A stretch of DNA of 64,000 bases, taken from NCBI RefSeq assembly GCF_009914755.1, contig NC_060925.1, one strand, 5' to 3'. This DNA is from the human T2T-CHM13v2.0 reference genome, Homo sapiens. A model generated the notes under the pieces. That model was not told where the DNA came from. It worked only from the letters and a program-made list of their open reading frames with translations, and searched no databases. Below, piece after piece: positions 53,665 through 64,000 of the stretch (the stretch's first letter is position 1; every line of letters starts with the position of its first letter). Position numbers and translations under genes: made by a program.

Positions 53665-54199
53665 CATGGCAAGGAACGTCCTCTTCTAACACATTTATAT
53701 GTATATTCATTGATTACCTGGTAGTAAAAATAGAAGCTTATAAGAAATTACAAATGTTCATATTTTTTCAATTACATAGATGAATGAATGATAAATCTAG
53801 TTGATATACATGTCAGAAAAGATGAGGAACTTTTTACCTTTTAACAAAATCTATTAAAGAATACATATATATTTGTGATTTCTCTTGTAAGACAAGTTTA
53901 GTGTGGTAAGATTCTTTTCTTATTCATCATCAGCGTCCCCACAATATGCAACAGATTATATTTTAGATAATTAGTGCTTAATATATAAATGATAGAATAG
54001 TATTTATTTACATTTTTATTTTCAAAAACATAGAGCTCTTTTTCTGTTTGCCATTTGAGGTCAGGTACTTGCTGTCCTTTTGTAGTGGTAAGGCATTTTT
54101 CACTCCAATTTAGTGTAAATCCTTAGTCTCTGGTGCTGTCAGCCTGTAGGTAATGTTTTTATTAATCATCAATCATTTTCCTCTTTCCTACTTACGCAG

Positions 54200-54249
54200 G
54201 TCTTGTGTGTAACCTGCAAGATTTTGTACAAGAAAAATGCCCATTATAA
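54200..54249 (+). other. Candidate exon (50 bp)
   Basis: TTTTCCTCTTTCCTACTTACGCAG|G ... TAA|GTAAGG. Confidence 0.35.
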
Positions 54250-55289
54250 GTAAGGTACCAATTTTCTGGAACTATTACACTAGTGAATGATGACCTTTAT
54301 CAAATGGTGGGCAATTGGAAAGCCTCCAAAACATCTTAACTAATTTGTTATAAGTAAACTTGATGTCTTGAAAAACAAATAGGGAAGCAATGCTTTCCGA
54401 CAGTCATTGTCCATGAATCAACATGAAGAACTATAACTAATTTTTAAGAAACAAAGTGCTACTTCCAATATACTTGGGTGTGGATATAGAAGGGAAGTAA
54501 GGAATGGTTTTGGAAATACTGCTTATTTAAACAGGAAATATTAATGACCAAAATCATTATAACTTATGAAGGATAACAAAAGAACATAAGTTATTACTGG
54601 TTTATTTCAAGGGGAGTGCACACGTATTTGAAAAGGAACCCGAGAGTTCTAAGTGCACTGAAGCAAAGAGAAACATTGGTTCAAACAATTAAATGATTAT
54701 TTCCCTTGGAAAGAGGTTGAAGTAGATATTATTTCTTATTGTTTTGTCTCTTCTTAGTCAGACTCATATATACATTCAGAAATATTATTTAAAGAATCAA
54801 AGTTCAAAGTAACATAAAATACACATCAAAAGTTCAAAGTACTGCTATTAAATCTACCATATTATACTTATTATTAAAAGTTTTATTAATAGTATAAAGC
54901 CATAATAAGCAATAGTAGTAGTTGTTCAGTAAACTATATTTTCCTTAGGTAGCTTTAGTACACACATTTGCTGATATATTCAGCATACCCATAATTGCTG
55001 AAATTTAGATATGCACCCTCTTTTTAATATAAGTTCCCTATTATGTAGTGCTAAATTATTTCCCTTCTCCAAACCCTAAGGACTAAACACATAATAAACT
55101 GAAGAAATGTAGTGTGCAGCAGGAAAGAAATTGGAAAAGTCATTATATTTGTCTTTAAGGAACATTATAATAGTTTTATCATCTACCTGTTATATAATTT
55201 TCAATAATATTTGTCAATATCATCTTTATAGTTTGTGGCATGTAAACATAATGACTCACTTGAAAATTCCTGCCATTAACAATGATGAT

Positions 55290-55520
55290 AGCCTTCATTA
55301 CTGAATGTATCTCAAGTACTTGCCATTGTAAATAACATTTTACATATGTTGTTTCACTACGCTTCATCATATTACTGTAAGATAGTTAATGTATCACTCT
55401 TTTTCCAGTGAGATTTTCTGGGGGTCCAAGAGGTTACTCAAAATCCTAAAGTCAAACATTCATGGAAAGGTGAAGTAAGAACTTAAAACCTGATATATCT
55501 GACTCCAACTCTGCTGTCTT
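55290..55520 (-). mobile_element. MIR
   Basis: CATTTTACATATGTTGTTTCA...CCTGATATATCTGACTCCAA. Confidence 0.6.
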
Positions 55521-56107
55521 TTTTCACATTGTCAAGCTGTAGGACTCTGTAAATGTTTGTTATTAGGTTGGCATTTTTGATATCTTCTGCCTGTTTCATT
55601 GAATGATTAGCAGTACCTTAGAAACACTCCAATGACCTCCTTGCTTGTCATCAGAAACAATCACTGAAGATAGTAAAGCTATTGCTCTATGTAGTCATTT
55701 TGCTAGACAACAGGATTGGGTAAAGCAGAACTCCATGGAGCCAAATGGATAATAACAGCTGAAAAAACATAAAGCTGGATGAGCGTCTTGTTTTTGTAGA
55801 ATTGGTATTGCTAGTTCAGGACTGAACAGGAGCTCTGAATGAGAAATTAAAGGTGCATATTGTCTCTAGACTTTACTATGTGTTCAACTTAATTGGAAAT
55901 TACAACTAACACACTTCTTAGACATTTTCTTTGTTGGGTATAAGATCAAAGTGAACTATATAAAAAAATAAGATGTGTTTGATGATTAGAGCTATAGGAG
56001 AAAAAGTGTAACACTCAATTTTGGTAGATAAAATATCTCAACAATGTCTTGAAGCAGAAGCTGTTAAAATCACATATATCCTTTTGCCCACTTGAATTTC
56101 CTAAGGC

Positions 56108-56520
56108 TGTGATAGACAGTTTCTTGCGCTTTGAAAAATGTCAATTTCAGACACTTTTAACTCTTTTCTACCAGAGGATATCAGAGAAGTTGCTCAGCCA
56201 CAAGCTGGGTGTAACCTGTAAGTAGAGGGAAGTTCAAATGCTTAGAGACAACTGAGGAGTGGTAGTCAGTGGATAAGTTATTTCATTTCCTAAAAGATTA
56301 TTGTGTATGATGATTGTATGTCAGGATCTTCATGGTTTCTCAGAGAATTCCCAGTGGGACTGAGCAGCAGTAACTCATAGAAGTATCTGGATCATTAATG
56401 TATACTTTTCAATGGCTTTTGTCATTTTGCTGTCTCTATTCCTCAAATGTACCCCCTTGGGATTGTGTCTCAAATACACTAAGTCCTTGCCTAAGTTTCC
56501 CCTTTTGGTGAACTAAGACT
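56108..56520 (+). mobile_element. LTR16C/E-like relic
   Basis: TCTCAGAGAATTCCCAGTGGGACTGAGC; ends AACTAAGAC. Confidence 0.55.
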
Positions 56521-56596
56521 ATTCCCTAAAGAATGCTCTTAAAGATGTAGGGACATTCTCTAATAATGTGTCTTTCCTATTATCTTATTTAATACT

Positions 56597-56958
56597 TGAT
56601 ATGGTTTGGCTCTGTGTCCCCACTCAAATCTCATCTCGAATTATAATCCCCACGTGTTGAGGGGGAGACCTGATAGGAAGTAATTATATCATGGGGGCAA
56701 TTGCTCCTATGATGTTCTTGTGATAGTGAAGGAGTTCTCACGAGATCTGATGGTTTTAAACGTGGCAGTTTCCCCTGCATGCTCTCTCTCTCCTGCCACC
56801 TTGTGAAGAAGGTACTTGCTTCTTCTTCTTCCACTATGATTGTATGTTTCCTGAGGACTTCCAGCCATGCAGAACTGTGAGTCAATTAAACCTCTTTCCT
56901 TTAAAAGTTACCTAGTCTCAGACAGTTCTATATAGCAGTCTGAAAACAGACTGATGCA
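56597..56958 (+). mobile_element. THE1D-like solo LTR
   Basis: TGATATGGTTTGGCTCTGTGTCCCCACTCAAATCTC; TSD ATACT at 56592-56596 and 56959-56963. Confidence 0.93.
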
Positions 56959-59900
56959 ATACTATCAATTGTTTATAATTTTTCCTCCCTCATATACTAT
57001 AAACTCTCCATGGGTGGGTGCGGAAGCTCCTTTTCTTTTCTCCTCCCTTCTTCTTCTTTTTTTTTTAAAAAATATATATAATAGCTGTTTTCTCCTTGCA
57101 CCTTGCACAGTAGCTGACACATATTAGGTATTTAATAAATACTCGTTGACTAATTGAAGTTCCCATCACAACTATGTGTGGTTGGTGTTATTGGATTACT
57201 TCGTAAAATGAGTTAAGTAACTTGCCCAGTGTTACACTGAAAGTGACAATGGATACGACAAGATTCAAATTCACGTCTCTCTATGTGTCCTTTCCACTAT
57301 GTGTCCTCCAACAGCCTAAGTCAGAGAGAAAATTGTTATGTTCTAAGAGTATTTTTTGATATCCTAGTTTACTGGCTACCAAAATGTTAGAAGAAAGTTC
57401 ACATTTGAAAGCTTTCAGATCTTATGAACCTCTGTAGTATTTCATAAGTATATGGAACCACTGCGGTCAGAAAATGCTTTTACACAGTATACTTGTCATC
57501 CTTAGCCCATATGTATGCCCTGGAGATCACAGAAGAATACCTTTTATACACTTTAGTATAAATGATAACTGAGGGAAGAAAAAAGAATCACACTTGGACT
57601 GTTTCTTACCCCAAATTTATTATCCTAGAATTATTCCTTTGTATTTGGAGAGCGCCATACACTCATTTGTAGAAGATGTTGGGTTGAATGAAATTTCTAT
57701 TTTCCTATTTTATACAGCATGAAAAGGTTATCAATCTCAAATAGTGATAGTGCTCTGGAAGGATCGTACTTTTGGAAACCAGGCATCTGCCTAAAGTAAA
57801 AATATTAGAAGAATTTCAGGATAATATTATTACATATTTTAATTTATTTCAAGTTTAATTATGTATGTTTTAAAACACTTTATGTGTTCATAAATAACCT
57901 GATTTTCTAATTGAAACTAACCAACCACAAATACATTTATTCTAGCAAGAATATATAAACAGTAATATACTCAATAAATACCATTAGCAATGTAAGTATC
58001 TATTGATAGTATTTAACTTACTTACATAAGCACTTAACATTAAATATATTAAAAAATTAGTTTTTAAAAGTTACTTCTATCAGTCTTACAATTCACCAAG
58101 TAACTTTTTAAACTATCACATGCACTTTTAGCATCACTTTCCTCATTACCCTAGAAGCATGTATTGAGTCAGATAACTCCCAGCTTCATTTTTATTACCA
58201 TCTAAATAAGTAAGATACAACATTTTTTGAACCAACAGGAATTTTATCCCAAGTCACAGAATATCATTCACATAGCATAAGGGCAATTTCTTTTCTTTCA
58301 TTTTTTTTTTTTGTTCCAAGTATCTATATTTATGGTTTTTCAATGTCATTCACTGCTTCTGTTATCCATTTCTAAGTTGATCTTTAAAAGGCTTCATTAT
58401 TAAAATGCCTCAAACTTACAACAGTGAATTAATTCCCCTATAAATAACTGTTAAATCTCTGTTAAAATTTTCTTCTTTTTAAAATTCTATTACTTATATG
58501 AAATTCAAACTACCACTAGTTGAGATAATTTCAGGCTGTTGTGTCTTCCCCCAAAAAACATTGCTGTTCAGAATACAGTAATTGAGAGGGTGTCCTTTGA
58601 TAAGAAAATATTTTAAGGATGTAAAATAACTCTGTTTTTATAAGCAATAATTTCGGTAAAATATTATCTTCGTATTTGGGCACGTTGAAGAATGTTTATT
58701 TCCTATCTATAGTAGTCTCTTGGACCCATTTTCCTGTCTTCAAAGTAAATGAAACATTTACCCATTTTCAAAAAAAAGTAAAGTTCTGGAATTAAGCTAA
58801 ATATAGCAATTTTGGTACCTTGTGTTTTAAAGATGAATTATACAGATAGTTTTGCTTTACCTACAAACGTGTGTGTGTTGGAGGGGGAGGTGTTCAACTA
58901 CATGTAAGTGCATGTAAGTGTCAGTATGTGTATATATAAATGGGAAGCGGTAGTGGGGACATTTGGAATATATTTTTGAAAGATACTAAAATGTAGAATA
59001 AAGTAGTCTATAAAATCAGATAAAAAGATATAATGATAATAATGATATGATGCTATAATAATAATTGTATACATGGTTTAAAAAATCTAATTCCATTTGT
59101 ATACTCCAAAGATTCATTTAATAGCAATAATTTGTTTGTTTTCACTAATTTTAATGGCTTATTTGTTTTAAAGCATCACTTGGACAGACTGTTACTCATA
59201 AAAATAAACAAATGAATACACAGAATGAACACAACACAGTCATATGGGTCAAATATTTACAACGCTTGACCCTAAAGCAAAACAGATTTCCAGACAGTAT
59301 TATAGACAGCAGTCATTTTATGCTCTTTTTCTTTCTTCCTGTTTCTCTGTCATTTCCCCTCTAGATGAAGAAAAACTGATAAGAAATTAAGTCGTTCCAT
59401 GAAAAAACTCTTGGATAATGGTTTTTTTATTAGCTATGTTTCAGTCTTTTGGATTCACTTAGTAAAAAATTATGACAAAATCTAATCAAAAGAATATTAA
59501 AAGGAAATTGTCATCCTCTTTTCTATAAAATGTGAAACAATTGGTAGTGTGTGTTCCCCAGTGATTTACTGTATATAGAAGTGAATGGGCATGCTGAAAG
59601 GCAGATATTTGATGGGTAGGGGTGATAAATATTCATAAATATAGTTAATACTAAAACATTTTATTCTCTACTACTTATTCCACTTTACTTATTTCTACTT
59701 GCTGAAGTGGTAGACATATTAAAATATTAATTTTCCGCTTTACTGGAATGATTTCAGAGTCAAGTGCCATTAAATTCTGAATGTAAATATGAAAAAAGAG
59801 GATATGGCTCACACTAATCCTCTTCATTGGTTTTTTAAACTATTTATTTGCTTTTTTTTAAAGCTACTATTTCAAAAATTTTAATTGCTTTGGGAGATGT

Positions 59901-60779
59901 ATGCAGAGGCCAGAAAAGGTGTCACAGTCTTGTGAAATATTGTCTGTCATTGAGAAAGCATTGGATAGTCCCCTACTATAAGCTTGTAAAACAAAGGGCA
60001 GCTTTTTGGAGGCAGGGCAACCCGTGATGGTCAAGGCCACATTTCACTGCCAAGTGCATTTCATGCACTTCCTAGCACTCTTCCCTTTCTTAAGTTACTA
60101 TATATTTCCATTAGAGAGACAGGCTAAAAAATGCCTCTCAGGGCAACAGTGTTTGTGAAGCAATTGTTCATCCTTAGCAGGCTTTAGAGCACTGATCAAA
60201 AGTAGGGTTAAAAGCTCTGATGAAGAGGTTTGTCATTGTCACTGGCCAAAGGGGATTCTAAACTATGGATTATGAATTTAACCTGATGTGAAAGAGATGT
60301 CATGATTTACATCAATTGTTCTTTTACCTCTTATGATTTTTCTCTTCTTTACTGCTAATTTGAGTTGGCTGGTTGATTATAACATCACATAAAATTTATT
60401 GCTAAACTACACACACACACGGCAAATGAATATACTGAAGCTATTTTGATAAATGATATTTTAAACAATTGGAACCCTTTCCCAATATTCACTGGGTTAC
60501 TAGTTTCAAGACCCAGCCCTTCAGTGGCCATGTCACCTTAGGGCCCTGGTATACCACAATGGCAGCATAGAATATTTAGCTATTGACTACAGACAGCTGT
60601 TGACACTTCTGTTCTCTGGAGAACAGCCATGTTCTGCACTAAATCTGACTCTGGAAAACTTAACAGGGGTTGAGAGGGGAACTTCCACCCAATTCAATAA
60701 CAGCTCCCAGCTCCTGTGTTTTCCTTCAGTTCATCTCAATACAACCCTGGTTTCCTTGACAAAAAACAGCGAAAACTTT

Positions 60780-60990
60780 CTGAGCTCTGCAGAGTTCTAA
60801 GCATTTTGCATATATTAACTAATTTATTACTTACAGCCACCTTAAGAGTTAGATAGTATTATTATTTTCAGTTAACAGAGATATTAAGTAATTATCTCAT
60901 GGCCACACAGCCACTAAGAAACAGAGGAGGAATCCAAACCCAATCAGCCTGCCTCCAGCATTCCTGCTTTTAGCCATAGTGATATACTGT
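60780..60990 (-). mobile_element. MIR
   Basis: CTAAGCATTTTGCATATATTAACTAATTTA...CATGGCCACACAGC. Confidence 0.7.
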
Positions 60991-62229
60991 CTTGCCTTAG
61001 CTATGGAACAAAGAAGAGACACTCCTATATTTTGTCTTGATAATATCATAGACACTTGTTTAAGACTTTTCTGATTTTGACTTTGATTAAGACTTTATCT
61101 AGATTTAAACTGTCATTTTAGAAGATTAAAAAACATTGAAAGTTAGATAAATGTGAATTAATTGGGAAAACAAAAATGACAAAAGGAACGTCTTTATGAT
61201 GTTGTAAAATATTTAAAATTATGTATCCTTTTGGAGATAATGGCAGTTTCCTGATCACTACATAGGAGAGGGTGCTCATATTTTATTCATTCATTCACTC
61301 ATTCATTCATTTATTTGTTTCCCTCTTTCTGGATCTAACACTTTAGTCTGAATGTTACACATCATAATTAATATTAGGTGTCTATAACATCATATATATG
61401 CAACCTACATTTGTTAGTTCTTTCACCTATTATGATAATATTTGAAATTTTTATTCTTTTCAAAAGATTACCATATAGTACAAGAATTATTATAATAAAT
61501 GTTTGGAGGAGAAACTACCTTATGCCTTATGAATAAGCTTTACATACATTTTAAAAAATTGTTCTTGGAACTATCAAAGTTGTCTACTGCTGCATAAGAT
61601 GTTGAATTCAGCCACCAATGTTAGTTAAAACATAATTCACTCTGACATCAGTGATCCAGCTCTAATTAACTCAATATAGTTCATTGTAGCTTTAATTAAA
61701 TTAATATAGATCTTATTAATGTTGAGATTATGGCTAAGGCTACATTCACATTATAGGCACCCTTACCTCAATGTATATCAAACTGTTCATACTCCTTAAA
61801 TATGTCATATATTATTTCTTGTTTTTCTCCTTACACAATTTTTCCTCTCCTTGGAATGCTTCTATTTCATTTATTCATTCTGCAAAGTTCCTCATATCCT
61901 TTAAAACTTAATTCAAATATTAATTTACAATGACTTCCTGACCTCCTCTCTGAATTATATTACCTTCCTTTGTGATCTCAATGCACCTTTACCTCAACCA
62001 TAACATCTGCCAGGATAGTTGCTGATTTAGTTATCCTTCTTCATCACAAGAGTGTAATGCTTTAGGAAAATATGAAATATATTTTATTTGACTTTACACC
62101 CACGATGACTATCAAATGACACATTCATACTATAAACAGATATATAAATGTTAAAGTCTAGCACAATAATTGGTAAATGTTTATTTTTCATTTATATATC
62201 ATATAGTAAAATAGTTGGAATAGAGAGAT

Positions 62230-62765
62230 TTCTAATATTTCCAGGTTTCCACTCTCCTCCTCTACGTAGATACATTGTATAACCGGCCACCCTTCTGTAA
62301 GGATAGAACCTGTGAATATGATGAGATAGTCACTGCTGTGATTACATTACAAATATATGACTTCACCCATAGTAGAGTAGAGACTGGCAAAAAGACTCAC
62401 TCTAGCTAATCTAGAAGAACACAGTAGCTATGCTACAGACTGCCTATGGGAGCCAGGTGGCAAGAAAATGTGGGTGGCTGATAATATCTAAGTATGATAA
62501 TTGACCAACAGGTAGCAAGAATACAGCTGTGAGAAGATGCATTGTGCCAAGATGAATTTAGTGAGTTTGGAAGAGGACCCTGAGCCTGAAATGAGAATTG
62601 CAACCCTGGCTGACACCTCCATTTCAGTCTGACATGACCTTAACAGAGGACCCAGATAACCTGTACTACACACCTGACCTATGAAAACTGTGAGATCATA
62701 AATATGTGTTGTTTTAGGCCACTATTTTTGTGATAATTTATTACACAGTGGTAGAAAACTAATGG
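62230..62765 (+). mobile_element. MLT1E/F-like LTR
   Basis: GTGAGTTTGGAAGAGGACCCTGAGCC...ACTGTGAGATCATAAATATGTGTTGTTTTAGGCCACTA. Confidence 0.8.
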
Positions 62766-64000
62766 AAGGATAAACATAATTTAAAAGGCAGGGCAACTAA
62801 TATACTTCAAACCCTTGTCAATAACTTAGCTACCTTTCATCTAATTTATGTATGTCCCACCTATAGATTGTTCCAAGTTACTGTCACAGTGTCTGGTTCC
62901 ATAAGCTTCCAGTTTATATAAAATGCCATGAAGAATACTGACATTAACTATTTGCTAAAATATTTTTTCATGCATCTGTTTGTTTATATGTTTTATTCAT
63001 TTTTACTTTTTTACTCTAAACATTTAATACCTTTTAAGTGGCCCCTAACATATCTTGGTAAAAATCATTCCCCAGTAATAAAAACTTATTAATAATATAT
63101 GAAAGAGCATTATTTAGAGATTGATTATTACTTTCCCCCTGCCCCAACTAAGCTTAGAGTTAAAATACAAACTATGGAAATAAAGTAAATAAAAGTAGAT
63201 AGAAGAAGTGCATTTCTAATACAATTGGCTGAAATAATGGATTACTTTGATTCATGGCATTTTTCTTTCTGAATATTTAAAATAATACTGGTAAGATTTA
63301 ATTTCTGAGACTTTTTTAATCTGAAGAAAGATGATTAAACAATCATTGTGATGTCCTCTTATTTTTAGGATATTTTCTTTTATTCCTCTAAGAGCATTGT
63401 AAACAACCTGATAATGCCTTATTAACACACTTAAGAATTTGATAAATCCAGCCAATGGTTTAGTAGCATCTACAACATTTTATATGCTTTATCTTTATGA
63501 TCAAATAGAAAGATGGTATAAAGAATTATTTTGCTGATCTGAAATTCAGAAAAGCTTCAGGAAACAGAATGGCGTAGTGTTTATGAATATGTTATCGGCG
63601 TTACAAATAGTTGTGTTGGATTTCAAGTCTACCAATCAGCTGTGAGGTCTGAGCATTAACTTCTTCAGATTATAATTCTTCATAAATTGTATATAATTAG
63701 TATCTATATCAGAAGGATCTACAAATAAGTTATAATACTTATTAGAATAATTGTTTCACAAATGACATCATTGATTATTTTATACATATCATTTTGTTGT
63801 CATGCTCTAGTTATTTATCCATTACTTTTCAAATTAGTTAGAAAAAATACAAACAGCAATATTTTATTCCTCTCAAACTCATGATTACAGATAATATTTG
63901 GAATGAATATGGAATTTGAAAATATTATGAAATAAATGTGCTCAGAATGGCAATTATTGCCTTATTTCATATCTAGAAATTTTAACGTAGAAACTGGATA

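Overview
AT-rich, CpG-poor primate (human-like) genomic DNA. It looks intergenic or deep-intronic. I find no credible host protein-coding gene, RNA gene or CRISPR array; the supplied ORFs are repeat-derived or chance frames. A large part of the window is recognisable interspersed repeat. The main elements are: six Alus; a near full-length Tigger1 (9120-12497) interrupted by a twin-primed L1PA2-type insert and a THE1 solo LTR, and abutted by Tigger4b; an L1MA with a 5' inversion; a ~6.9 kb minus-strand class III provirus with LTR47-like LTRs (16371-23246) that keeps decayed gag/pro/pol, an internally deleted gamma-type env, and a nested MLT2A LTR; a THE1B provirus with a truncated 5' LTR; and many MLT/LTR16/LTR41/MER/L2/MIR relics. 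The structures a repeat list would not explain are: (i) a short poly(A)-tailed insert with a perfect 16-bp TSD whose body is antisense ancient-L1 sequence (42573-42738; orphan transduction or mini-retrocopy); (ii) a templated insertion with stutter and snap-back copied from 4 kb downstream (46144-46233); (iii) a ~112-bp dispersed local duplication; and (iv) several well-formed + strand exon candidates that suggest a spliced non-coding transcript. I see no evidence for a new multi-gene biological system. Repeat subfamily names come from recalled consensus sequences and need RepeatMasker/Dfam confirmation. Boundaries of old elements are approximate.
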